Notes under the pieces: model-generated
The model's database searches: none
What the model saw: the letters and a program-made list of their open reading frames with translations, nothing else
What the model was told of the DNA's origin: nothing
From: Kofleriaceae bacterium
Lineage (GTDB): Bacteria; Myxococcota_A; Polyangia; Haliangiales; Haliangiaceae
Direction of reading: 5' to 3'
Assembly: GCA_048500355.1 (NCBI GenBank)
Contig: JASNYD010000004.1
Span: 64,001-128,000, forward strand
DNA length: 64,000 bases
In this document: piece by piece, positions 47,908 to 56,862 of the stretch
Numbering within the stretch: the first letter of the stretch is position 1
Layout: each line of letters opens with the position of its first letter
Program-made: the position numbers and the translations under genes

Positions 47908-48444
47908 ATGGCGCGCCGGCGACGTCCCACCCCTGCTCGCGGCCGCGGGCGTCCCGCGCCGCCGGCCCCGGCGCCCACGCCCGCGCCGTCCGCGCCCCCG
48001 CTGATCGCGCTGCTGACCATCGGCGCGCTGTCGTCGACGTCGTGCCTCCGCGATCGCACCCCGCCGCCGCAGCCGCCGCAGGTCTACGCCCCGCCGCCCC
48101 AGCCGCCGCAGGCCTACGACGATCGATCCGACGAGCCCGGACCGGCTCACCTCGTCGACGCCGGCGCGCCGCCGCCCGACGCGCCGGTGTTCGCCCAGCC
48201 GCCGCCCGACGCCGCCGTGCTCGCGCCGCCACCGACGCCGCCGCCGGTCCGCCCACCGCCGCCGCCGCCGCCGCCGCAGGTCCGCTCGCCGCCGCCCCAG
48301 CCGCCGCAGGCCCGCCCGCCGCAGGTCTACCGCCCGCCGCCGCCCCAGCCACCGCAGGCGCCGGTGCTCCCCGACCGCCACGCCGACGAGCCCTCGGCGC
48401 CGACCGCGCCGCCGCTGGTCGGCCCGCTCGATCGCATCGACTGA
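47908..48444 (+). CDS. Proline-rich secreted/lipoprotein with PPQPPQ(A/V)Y repeats
   Basis: LIALLTIGALSSTSC signal-like region. Repeats PPPQPPQVYAPPPQPPQAYDD ... PPPPPPPPQVRSPPPQPPQARPPQVYRPPPPQPPQAP. Confidence 0.4.
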   Translation: MARRRRPTPARGRGRPAPPAPAPTPAPSAPPLIALLTIGALSSTSCLRDRTPPPQPPQVYAPPPQPPQAYDDRSDEPGPAHLVDAGAPPPDAPVFAQPPPDAAVLAPPPTPPPVRPPPPPPPPQVRSPPPQPPQARPPQVYRPPPPQPPQAPVLPDRHADEPSAPTAPPLVGPLDRID

Positions 48445-48452
48445 TCGCCGCG

Positions 48453-49502
48453 ATGCCGCGCTCGCCCTCGCGCCGCCCGCGCGCCCGCCGCCCCGCCGAC
48501 GCCGACACCGCCGCGCTCGCCGTGGCGTGGCGCGGCTGGCTGGTCGAGAACCTGCTGGCCGGGGTCGCCCCGGCGCGCCTGGTCGACGGCCTGGTCGCGC
48601 GCGGCGTCCCGCCCGCCCGCGCCCGCCGCGAGGTCGCCGCCACCGCCGCCTCGCCGCTCCTGCCGGTGTGCGGCGAGCTGACGGCGCGCGCGCGCCGGCT
48701 CGAGCTCGCCCACGCCCTGCGCCGCGCCCACGACCGCCACGATCCCGCGCCGACCGCGGTCCCGCGCCGGACCACGCCGCCGGCCGAGGTCTTCTTCCGC
48801 GACCACTGGGCCGCCCACCGGCCGGTGGTCCTCACCGACGCCACCGCCGGCTGGCCGGCGCGGGCCTGGACCCCGGCGTGGTTCCGCGCCCGCTTCGGCC
48901 GCGTCCGCGTCGAGGTCACGACCGGGCGCGAGGCCGATCCCGAGTACGACGCCAACGTCGACGCCCACCGCACGTCGATGACGATGGCCCGCTTCATCGA
49001 CCGCGTGCTCGCCGCCGGCCACAGCAACGACCTCTACCTGGTGGCCAACAACCGCGCGCTGGAGCGCCCGGCGCTGCGCCCGCTGCTCGCCGCGCTGCGC
49101 CCGCCGCCCGACCTGTTCCATCCCCCCGGCCCCACCGGCTGCTCGCTGTGGATCGGCCCCGCCGGCACGATCACGCCGCTCCACCACGACACCACCAACA
49201 TCCTCTTCTGCCAGCTCCACGGCCGGAAGCGGATCGAGCTGGTGTCACCGAGCGAGAGCGCGCTGCTCGGCGCCACGACGCGCGGCTTCTACAGCACGAT
49301 CGATCTCGACCGCCGCGCCGACCATCCCCACCCGGCGGTGCGCGCCCTCCAGGTCCGTGAGGTCGTGCTCGCGCCCGGCGAGGCGCTCTTCCTCCCGGCG
49401 GGGTGGTGGCACCGGGTGACCGCGCTCGACGTCAGCATCAGCCTCTCGCTCCTGTCGTGGCGGCGCCCCAACGACTTCGACTGGTACCGCCCCGGCGCGT
49501 GA
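48453..49502 (+). CDS. JmjC/cupin-like 2-oxoglutarate-Fe(II) oxygenase family protein
   Basis: LWIGPAGTITPLHHDTTNILFCQLHGRKRIEL...PGEALFLPAGWWHRV (HxD...H facial triad context of the JmjC cupin-like domain). Confidence 0.75.
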   Translation: MPRSPSRRPRARRPADADTAALAVAWRGWLVENLLAGVAPARLVDGLVARGVPPARARREVAATAASPLLPVCGELTARARRLELAHALRRAHDRHDPAPTAVPRRTTPPAEVFFRDHWAAHRPVVLTDATAGWPARAWTPAWFRARFGRVRVEVTTGREADPEYDANVDAHRTSMTMARFIDRVLAAGHSNDLYLVANNRALERPALRPLLAALRPPPDLFHPPGPTGCSLWIGPAGTITPLHHDTTNILFCQLHGRKRIELVSPSESALLGATTRGFYSTIDLDRRADHPHPAVRALQVREVVLAPGEALFLPAGWWHRVTALDVSISLSLLSWRRPNDFDWYRPGA

Positions 49503-49543
49503 TCGCCGCATGATCGCCCCCCCGGGTCGAGCCTGGCGCGCGC

Positions 49544-50854
49544 TTGGGGGTATACTGGCGCGAGGTGGCTGAGGCACCCATCAACATCAAGCTGCGCTGC
49601 GCGTCGTGGCAGCAGCTCGCGAACATCTACAAGCGCGACCTCGCCCGGCAGGCGATCTTCCTCAAGTCGGGGTCGCCGCCGCCGCTGGGCACCGCGGTCC
49701 GCATCGACCTGACCCTGCCCACCGAGTCGATGATCGTGCTGACCGGCTCGGTCGCCGAGCACGTGCCGCCGGGCGGGCTGGGCGGGCGCGGCCCCGGGGT
49801 CGACATCCGCCTCAACACCGTGCCCGCGAGCGCCCTGTGGTTGATCGAGACCGCGCTGCAGTCGGCGCACAAGCAGCTCGTCCCCGCCGGCCCCGGCACC
49901 ACCGGCGTGCTGCCGGTCATGAACGACCGCGGCGAGCCCACGGTCGACGACGGTCACGACCTGGCCGCGGCCGAGGACGAGCTCCTGGCCGCGCTCGGGC
50001 AGGAGCTGGCCTCGTTGCGCCGCCTCAACCCGTTCCAGGTGCTGGGCGTGGGCTACGAGGCGACCGACGACGAGGTCCGCGGCGCCTTCGCCGAGCTGAC
50101 CCGGCGCTATCACCCCGACCGCTTCACCCGCTACACCTCGACCGACCTGCGCACCCTGGCCGCGGAGATCTTCATCCTCATCCGCGACGCCTACCGCAAG
50201 CTCGGCGACGACGCCAGCCGACAGAAGACGCTGGCGACGATCGGCGCCCGACCGGCGGTGCGGGTGCCGACCCTGCGGCCGCAGCCCCCCTCGTCCGCGC
50301 CGCCGCCGGCCGCGGTGTCGCCGTCGGGACCGACCGCGCGCGCCCCCGAGCCGGTCCGCGCCACGTCGCCGCGACCGGCCGCGCCGCCCCGCGCGGCCTC
50401 GGTGCCCCCGGCCGATCGCGAGCGCCCCGATCGCACGCCGGCGCCGCGCGCCGCCACCCCGCCGCCGCAGGAGGCGCCGCTGCCGCCGCCCGAGACCCTG
50501 CGCCGGCCGATGCAGGTCGCCCCGCCGCCGGTGACCGACGACGACGGCGGCGGCGGCTTCTCGGCCGCCGAGGCCCTGCTCGACGACGGGCGCTACGACG
50601 AGGCCCTCGCCCTCTACAAGATCTACGTGCGCAAGAACCCGGCCGATCGCCAGGCCCGCGCCGGCGTCGAGCTGGCCGAGGGCATGCGCGCGATCGCCCA
50701 GCGCGACCGGCTCGAGGCCGCGCAACGCTTCGAGGCCGTGCTCGAGCTCGATCCCGCCAACGAGCGCGCCGCGCGCGAGCTGGCCGAGATGCGGCGGCTG
50801 GCGACCAACGAGCGCAAGGGCCTCCTGTCGCGGCTCATGGGGAAGAAGGAGTAG
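49544..50854 (+). CDS. J-domain (DnaJ-like) protein with N-terminal PilZ-like/unknown domain and C-terminal TPR-like region
   Basis: J-domain NPFQVLGVGYEATDDEVRGAFAELTRRYHPDR. C-terminal TPR-like helices. TTG start in track; alternative GTG at 49568. Confidence 0.8.
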   Translation: MGVYWREVAEAPINIKLRCASWQQLANIYKRDLARQAIFLKSGSPPPLGTAVRIDLTLPTESMIVLTGSVAEHVPPGGLGGRGPGVDIRLNTVPASALWLIETALQSAHKQLVPAGPGTTGVLPVMNDRGEPTVDDGHDLAAAEDELLAALGQELASLRRLNPFQVLGVGYEATDDEVRGAFAELTRRYHPDRFTRYTSTDLRTLAAEIFILIRDAYRKLGDDASRQKTLATIGARPAVRVPTLRPQPPSSAPPPAAVSPSGPTARAPEPVRATSPRPAAPPRAASVPPADRERPDRTPAPRAATPPPQEAPLPPPETLRRPMQVAPPPVTDDDGGGGFSAAEALLDDGRYDEALALYKIYVRKNPADRQARAGVELAEGMRAIAQRDRLEAAQRFEAVLELDPANERAARELAEMRRLATNERKGLLSRLMGKKE

Positions 50855-50857
50855 CGG

Positions 50858-52579
50858 ATGTCGAAGATCATCGGCATCGATCTCGGGACGACCAACTCGT
50901 GCGTGGCCGTGCTCGACGACCGCGGCCCGCGGGTGCTGGCCTCGCCCGAGGGCGAGCGCACGACGCCGTCGGTGGTGTCGTGGACGGCCGGCGGCGACGT
51001 CCTGGTCGGCACGCCGGCGCGCCGCCAGGCGGTGACCAACGCCGCCAGCACGGTCCACGGCGCCAAGCGCCTGATCGGCCGCAAGGTCAACGCCGACGAG
51101 ATCACCGCGCTCGCCCGCACCGCGCCCTTCCGCGTCGTCGCCGCCGCCAACGGCGACGCCTGGGTCCGCATCGCCGGCCAGGCCCGCTCGCCGCAGGAGG
51201 TCGCGTCCCACGTGCTGCGGCGCATGCGCGCCATCGCCGAGGCCGCCCTCGGCGAGCCGGTGACCCGCGCGGTCGTCACCGTGCCGGCGTACTTCGACGA
51301 GCACCAGCGCCAGGCCACCCGTGACGCCGGCACGATCGCCGGCCTCGACATCGTCCGCATCCTCAACGAGCCGACCGCGGCGGCGCTCGCCTACGGCGCC
51401 CACCGCGTCGCCGATCGCCGGCGCACGATCGCGGTCTTCGATCTGGGCGGCGGCACCTTCGACATCTCGATCATGACCGTCGACGCCGGCATCTTCGAGG
51501 TGCTGGCCACCGGCGGCGACAGCGGGCTCGGCGGCGAGGACTGGGACCGGCGCATGGTCGAGCGCGTCGCCGACGAGCTGTTCGACCGCCACCGCGTCGA
51601 TCTGATGCAGAACCCGGTGGCGCTCGGCCGTCTGCGCGAGGCCTGCGAGGCCGCCAAGAAGGCGCTGTCGAGCGAGCGCGAGACCTGGCTGCGCCTGCCG
51701 TTCCTGGCCCAGGACCAGAACGGCGACCCGCTCAACCTCGAGCGCAGGCTCACCCGCGACGAGGTCGAGGCCTGGACCGCGGAGTTGCTCGACCGCCTGA
51801 GCGGGCCGTGCCGGCGGGCGCTGGCCGACGCTGGCCTGGCTCCGGTCGACATCGAGGAGGTGCTCCTGGTCGGCGGCATGACGCGGTGGCCGGCGGTGCC
51901 GGCGCTGGTCGAGCAGCTCTTCGGCAAGAAGCCCTCGCGCGGCGCCAACCCCGACGAGGTCGTGGCCTCGGGCGCGGCCCAGTACGCCGGCATCCTCGCC
52001 GGCGACACCGAGGACGCCACCCTCCTCGACGTGACGCCGCACGATCTCGGCATCAAGGTCGGCGAGTCGGGGTTCAGCGTCCTCATCCCGCGCAACTCGA
52101 TGCTGCCGGTGCGCGTGCGCAAGCTGTTCGCCACCACCATGGCCAACCAGCGCTTCGTCTCGATCGAGCTCTACCAGGGCGAGCACGCCGACGTGCGCAA
52201 GAACCGGCGGCTGGGCCAGGTCGTGCTCGACGGCCTGCCCGCGGGGCCGGCCGGCAGCGTCCGGGTCGAGCTGGTCCTGACCATCGACGTCGAGTCGATC
52301 ATGAGCGTCACCGCCCGCGAGCTGTCGACCGGCAAGGAGGCCGGGGTGACGCTGCGCCCGAGCGGCGGCCTGTCGCAGCGCGAGATCATCGAGATCATCT
52401 CGCGCCGCCGCGTCGAGGAGACCGCGGCCCGCGACCGGCCGCCCACCGACGGCTCGGTGTCGCGGGTGCCGACCGGCGAGATGCCGGCCCTGGACGCGAA
52501 CCGCGACGAGCCGGGCCAGAGCCGCGACCCGAGCGGCCCGACCGGCCCGCGGGGCGAGCCCGGCGAGAACGGCGACTAG
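50858..52579 (+). CDS. Hsp70-family chaperone (DnaK paralog)
   Basis: [37 protein letters not shown]. 573 aa. 4 bp after the J-protein gene. Confidence 0.9.
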   Translation: MSKIIGIDLGTTNSCVAVLDDRGPRVLASPEGERTTPSVVSWTAGGDVLVGTPARRQAVTNAASTVHGAKRLIGRKVNADEITALARTAPFRVVAAANGDAWVRIAGQARSPQEVASHVLRRMRAIAEAALGEPVTRAVVTVPAYFDEHQRQATRDAGTIAGLDIVRILNEPTAAALAYGAHRVADRRRTIAVFDLGGGTFDISIMTVDAGIFEVLATGGDSGLGGEDWDRRMVERVADELFDRHRVDLMQNPVALGRLREACEAAKKALSSERETWLRLPFLAQDQNGDPLNLERRLTRDEVEAWTAELLDRLSGPCRRALADAGLAPVDIEEVLLVGGMTRWPAVPALVEQLFGKKPSRGANPDEVVASGAAQYAGILAGDTEDATLLDVTPHDLGIKVGESGFSVLIPRNSMLPVRVRKLFATTMANQRFVSIELYQGEHADVRKNRRLGQVVLDGLPAGPAGSVRVELVLTIDVESIMSVTARELSTGKEAGVTLRPSGGLSQREIIEIISRRRVEETAARDRPPTDGSVSRVPTGEMPALDANRDEPGQSRDPSGPTGPRGEPGENGD

Positions 52580-53151
52580 TGCCCGCGCTCGATCCCGCCG
52601 TCGAGGCCCAGGTGCTCAAGGTCGCCGACGCCATCGGCGCGCTGATGGAGTCGTGGGGCTTCAAGCGCAACATGGGGCGGGTGTGGGCGATGCTCTACCT
52701 CGAGCAGGCGCCGCTGTCGGCGGCCGACATCGGCGAGCGGCTGTCGCTGTCGACCGGCGCGATGTCGATGCTCCTGACCGAGCTCCAGCAGTGGGGCGTC
52801 GTCCGCAAGACCTGGGTGCCGGGCGAGCGCCGCGACTACTACGAGGCCGAGACCAGCATCTGGAAGATGGTGTCGCGGGTGCTGCGCGAGCGCGAGCTGC
52901 GCTGGATCCAGGACGCCGCCGAGCAGTTCGCCGCCGCCGACCACGTCCTCGCCGACGCCGGCGCCGCCGCCACCGGCGACGACGCGGCGCGGGTCCAGGG
53001 CATCGCGGCCAAGGTCGCGGGCCTGTCGCAGCTCGCCCAGGTCGGCGCCCACCTCGTCGAGAACATCCTGTCCGGCGAGTCGGTCGACGCCCTGCCGATC
53101 AAGACCGTGGGCGAGCTGGCCAAGGTGGTCGGCGGCAGCAAGCCCCCCTGA
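52579..53151 (+). CDS. Winged-helix transcriptional regulator (GbsR/MarR-like)
   Basis: GTG start overlapping Hsp70 stop (TAGTG). wHTH region GRVWAMLYLEQAPLSAADIGERLSLSTGAMSMLLTELQQWGVVRK. Confidence 0.55.
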   Translation: MPALDPAVEAQVLKVADAIGALMESWGFKRNMGRVWAMLYLEQAPLSAADIGERLSLSTGAMSMLLTELQQWGVVRKTWVPGERRDYYEAETSIWKMVSRVLRERELRWIQDAAEQFAAADHVLADAGAAATGDDAARVQGIAAKVAGLSQLAQVGAHLVENILSGESVDALPIKTVGELAKVVGGSKPP

Positions 53152-53184
53152 CTCGGGTCGGCGCCGGCGTGCCCGCCGGCGCGG

Positions 53185-53547
53185 TCACCAGCCGCCGTCG
53201 GGGCCCGGCCACACCCCGCCGTCGAGGCCCGGGCCGACGCCGCCGTCGAGCTCGCCGGTCCACGGCCCGGCGTCCGGCTCCGGCCACGGGCCGCCGTCGA
53301 GCTCGCCGGTCCACGGTCCGGCGTCCTGATCGCAGCCGCCACCGCCAGGGCCGGCGTCCTCGCCGCCGCCGCAGGCGCAGCCGCCGTCGGGATCACCCGT
53401 CCACGGACCGCCGTCGGGCCCGGGCCAGGCGCCGCCGTCGCGATGCCCGGGGTCGGGCTCGGGGCCGTCGCCCAGGTAGAGGGTGCAGCCGGTGACCGCG
53501 GCGCCGGCCACGGCCAGCGCGAGGAGGGCGCGGGCGATTCGCTTCAT
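53185..53547 (-). CDS. Small lipoprotein with DGGPW(T/P)G(E/D)xDGG repeats
   Basis: MKRIARALLALAVAGAAVTGC lipobox. Repeats DGGAWPGPDGGPWTGDPDGG ... DAGPWTGELDGGPWPEPDAGPWTGELDGG. Confidence 0.45.
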   Translation of the reverse strand: MKRIARALLALAVAGAAVTGCTLYLGDGPEPDPGHRDGGAWPGPDGGPWTGDPDGGCACGGGEDAGPGGGGCDQDAGPWTGELDGGPWPEPDAGPWTGELDGGVGPGLDGGVWPGPDGGW

Positions 53548-53579
53548 GCCGTCGGAGTGGCGCGAGCGCGGCCAGGTGA

Positions 53580-53888
53580 TCACTGGAACGATCGCGGGGC
53601 CGCCGCCGTCGCCGCCGTCGGCGCGGACGCGGACCCGGCCGGGGCGCGGGCCCGGGCGAACCCGGCGTCGGCGCCGCCGTCAGCATCGGCGCCGCCGTCG
53701 GCGGTCACGTCGTCGCCACCATCGCGGGGTAGCTCCAGCGCGGCGTCGGCGGCGTCGGTGGCCGCACCGCCATCCCCGGCCTCGGCGTCGACCCGCGACA
53801 GCGGCACGTCGAGCTCGCACGCCGCGAGCGCGGCGGCGGCGACGGCGGCCAGCGCCCACCCGCCCCGCGAGGCGCCGCGGCGGCTCAC
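53580..53888 (-). CDS. Small acidic lipoprotein, GTGA-coupled to the FecR-like gene
   Basis: VSRRGASRGGWALAAVAAAALAACELD, then an Asp/Ala-rich tail. Its start overlaps the anti-sigma stop codon. Confidence 0.4.
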   Translation of the reverse strand: MSRRGASRGGWALAAVAAAALAACELDVPLSRVDAEAGDGGAATDAADAALELPRDGGDDVTADGGADADGGADAGFARARAPAGSASAPTAATAAAPRSFQ

Positions 53889-55039
53889 GGCCGCGCCTCG
53901 CCCTCGGCGCCGAGCAGGCGCTCGACGTCGGCGCGCCGCGGGCTGTCGGGGTGGCGACGGAGGAAGCCCCGCGCCTGCTCGACGCGGGCGTCGTCGAGGC
54001 CGAGGCGACCGAGCAGCGCCAGGACGCGGATCTCGGCGGCGTGCGCGAGCGCGCTGTCCGGCCAGCGGACGAGCCAGCGCCGCCAGGCGGCGAGGGCGTC
54101 GGCCGGGGCCGAGGCCTCGAGCGCGACCGCGGCGCGGTAGTCGGCGACCGCGTCGGCGAGCGGGTCGGGCGGTGCCGGCGACGGCGGCGCGACCGCGGCG
54201 ACCGGGGCCCGCGCCGGCGACCGTGGCGCGGCCGCGGCGACCGGGGCCCGCCGTGGCTCGTCGGGCGAGCCCGCCGCCGCCCTCCCGGCCGCCGGCGCCG
54301 GCGCGATCTCGTCGGGCGGCGCCGGCGCTGTCTCCTCGGCCGCCGGCGTCGGCGCGACCTCGCCCGCGGCGACCGGCGCGACCGGCGCCGCGCCGTCCCC
54401 GGGCCGGCGCGGCTCGCGCCCGGTCCGCCCCGGCGACGTCGCGCCCGGCGCGGCCGCGAGCTCGAGCTCGATGACCTCGCACGCCACCGAGGCCGGCGTC
54501 ACCTCGACGGCCCCGGCCAGCTTGCGCACGACCAGCGTCGCGCCCTGCACCGAGACCTCGGCGGTGCCGTCGATGCGCGCCTCGCACGTCGGCCCGGCGA
54601 CCGTGACCTGTCCCAGCACGTCGAGGGTGCCGTGGGCGAGGGTGACGCGCTCGCCGGCGATCACCGCCGCCGCCGGGCCGCGCACCGACACGTGGCCGTG
54701 GGTCAGCGGCAGCTCGACGCGGTCTCCCGGCTCGACCGCGACCGCGCGCGGGGCGGAGACGCCGGCGCCACCGCCCGGCCAGGTGACGACCACCAGCACC
54801 GCCGCCACCGCCAGCCCGGCCGCCACCGCGACCACCGCGCGCGGCCAGCGCCGCCCGCCGCCCGGCACCCGCGCACCGTCCACGGAGGCGGCGTCGCGCT
54901 CGCCGCGCCCGCGCGACGCCGACCGGCCGCGCGCGGCCAGCTCGCCGTCGAGCCGCGCCCGCACCCGCGCCCGCAGGCCAGCCGGGACGTCGACCTCGCG
55001 CAGCGCGGTCCAGGGGGGGAGCGGATCGCGGTCGCTCAT
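53885..55039 (-). CDS. FecR-like transmembrane anti-sigma factor
   Basis: N-terminal cytoplasmic segment. Single TM (AVVAVAAGLAVAAVLVVV). Periplasmic FecR-like beta region (VELPLTHGHVSVRGPAAAVIAGERVTLAHGTLDV). C-terminal helical region. Start ATG overlaps the sigma stop (ATGA). Confidence 0.7.
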   Translation of the reverse strand: MSDRDPLPPWTALREVDVPAGLRARVRARLDGELAARGRSASRGRGERDAASVDGARVPGGGRRWPRAVVAVAAGLAVAAVLVVVTWPGGGAGVSAPRAVAVEPGDRVELPLTHGHVSVRGPAAAVIAGERVTLAHGTLDVLGQVTVAGPTCEARIDGTAEVSVQGATLVVRKLAGAVEVTPASVACEVIELELAAAPGATSPGRTGREPRRPGDGAAPVAPVAAGEVAPTPAAEETAPAPPDEIAPAPAAGRAAAGSPDEPRRAPVAAAAPRSPARAPVAAVAPPSPAPPDPLADAVADYRAAVALEASAPADALAAWRRWLVRWPDSALAHAAEIRVLALLGRLGLDDARVEQARGFLRRHPDSPRRADVERLLGAEGEARP

Positions 55040-55674
55040 GGCCAGCCTCCGTGGTGTCGCTCCCACAGCCGCGCGAACTGGGCGCGCGCCAGGCCCCGCC
55101 GCGAGCGCACCGTGTTGGTCGGGATGCCGAGGATCGTCGCCACCTCGCCCGGCGGCAGCTCCTCCAGGTCGGCGAGCACCAGGACCTCGCGCAGCTTGGC
55201 GCTCATGCGCGCCAGGACGTCGGCGACGCGGGCCTGCTCCTCGCTGGCGCTCGCCCGGTCCTCGGGGGTCGGCGGGCGCGTCCCCTGCCGCGCCGCCGGC
55301 GCGGTCTCGACCAGCCAGTGCTTGACCCGGCGCAGCCGCCAGAACCGGTGGTGCTCCGAGGCGACCCGCACGGTGATCGCGCGCAGCCAGGCCAGGGGAT
55401 GCACGACCTCGGGGGTCTGGCCGAGCAGCTCGTGGACGCGCAGGAACACGCGCTGCGTCACGTCCTCGGCCTCGGCGGCGTGGACGCCGGCCCGGCGCAC
55501 CAGCCGGTAGACGTCCTCGACGTGGCGCTCGTAGAGCGCCGCCCACACCTGGTCCCGCGGTCCGGAGATCGCGGCGGTGGGCGCCGGCTCGCGGGCCGGG
55601 GTCGGGGGTAGGGACAGCACGGTGCCACCCGGTGGTGGCGCGAACGGGCCCGATCGATCACCAGCTTCGTTCAC
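55036..55674 (-). CDS. ECF-type RNA polymerase sigma factor
   Basis: Region 2 (VYRLVRRAGVHAAEAEDVTQRVFLRVHE). Region 4 (LREVLVLADLEELPPGEVATILGIPTNTVRSRRGLARAQF). Confidence 0.8.
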   Translation of the reverse strand: MNEAGDRSGPFAPPPGGTVLSLPPTPAREPAPTAAISGPRDQVWAALYERHVEDVYRLVRRAGVHAAEAEDVTQRVFLRVHELLGQTPEVVHPLAWLRAITVRVASEHHRFWRLRRVKHWLVETAPAARQGTRPPTPEDRASASEEQARVADVLARMSAKLREVLVLADLEELPPGEVATILGIPTNTVRSRRGLARAQFARLWERHHGGWP

Positions 55675-56755
55675 CGAGCGTCACCTCGAGGCCGAGGGCG
55701 GCCGCCACCGCCGCCCGCGGCGACCGCGCGAGGCGGTCGGGGGGCGCCGTGTAGCGGTCGCGCACCGGGAAGAGCTGGCCGTCGAGCTCGAGCCGCACCG
55801 AGACCCCACCCCCGAGGTGGACGCCGGCCGCGGCGCCCAGCCCCAGCATCGGGTGGAGGCGGAGCGGCTCGACCGGGGCCTCGACGCCGGGCGCGCGGAC
55901 GTGGCTCAGCACCAGGGCCAGCCCGGCCGCGCCTTCCCCCCACAGCCGGCCGCGGCGCGCCCGGGCGGCGGCCGCCAGGCCCACGCTCCACGCCTGGCGA
56001 TCGATGCCCGCCATCTCGCCGTCGCCGGTGAGCAGCTCGGCGCGCGCTCCCCAGTCGAGGCGACCACGCAGGCGGAGCACCGATCGCGGGGACGCCCACG
56101 CCAGGTCGAGCCGGGTCGCGGCCGCGCCGCCGGCCAGCGCGAGGTCAGCGCCGACGGTCCGCCCCGCCGCCCGCGCCACGCCGAGCGTCCAGCCCGACGA
56201 CGCGGCGGCGCCCGTCGGCCCGCCCGATGACTCGACGCCCGGAGACGGCGCGGGCGGCGCGGGCGGCGCGGGCGACGACGATGCCGCCGCGGCGACCCGC
56301 GGGGACGCGGACGGCGGGGGCGCCGCAGGCGGACGCGCCGCGCGCGACGGCGCGGCGGCCGGCGCGCCCAGCTCCACCAGCCAGGCGTCGGCGATCGCCG
56401 CCGCCGCCGCCGCCAGGAGCGCGCAGTCCCGGCCGTCGAGCGCGACCTCGAGCGCGACGCCGGCGACCGGCGCCAGCCGCACCGTCGCGCCCCCCGGCGT
56501 CGAGCGGATCTCGAGCGTGGCCGCGCGCGCGCGACCGGCGCCGTCCGCGCTCGCGGCCTCCGCCGCGTCGGCGCTCGCCACCTCCACCCCGGCCGGCAAG
56601 GCCGCGCGCACCTGCGCCGCGTCCGGGCACGCGCCGTCGACGCGGAGCACCAGCGCCGGACCGGGCACGGTCTCGACGCCGGCATCCTCGGCGGCGACGG
56701 CGCCGGCGAGCCCGAGCAGCCCGGTCAGCGCGAAGGTCGCGATCCGCGTCAGCAC
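55658..56755 (-). CDS. Secreted hypothetical protein (signal peptide), first gene of the ECF sigma operon
   Basis: MLTRIATFALTGLLGLAGAVAAED signal peptide. Ala/Pro-rich linker. C-terminal region with alternating hydrophobic pattern (possible beta-rich). Confidence 0.4.
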   Translation of the reverse strand: MLTRIATFALTGLLGLAGAVAAEDAGVETVPGPALVLRVDGACPDAAQVRAALPAGVEVASADAAEAASADGAGRARAATLEIRSTPGGATVRLAPVAGVALEVALDGRDCALLAAAAAAIADAWLVELGAPAAAPSRAARPPAAPPPSASPRVAAAASSSPAPPAPPAPSPGVESSGGPTGAAASSGWTLGVARAAGRTVGADLALAGGAAATRLDLAWASPRSVLRLRGRLDWGARAELLTGDGEMAGIDRQAWSVGLAAAARARRGRLWGEGAAGLALVLSHVRAPGVEAPVEPLRLHPMLGLGAAAGVHLGGGVSVRLELDGQLFPVRDRYTAPPDRLARSPRAAVAAALGLEVTLGERSW

Positions 56756-56862
56756 GGCGGCGACGGTAACAGGCCGGCGGCCACGGCGAGCCGCCCGTCC
56801 TTCGCGGCGTGGCCTGGCTCACGCCGGCGCGCGGCGTGTGCCGCGGCGCGGGCGCCGCACCG

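Noticed and set aside
53483-55510. 675-aa plus ORF and 54471..55325 plus ORF
   Set aside because: Antisense to the FecR/ECF sigma genes. Arg-rich low-complexity translation.
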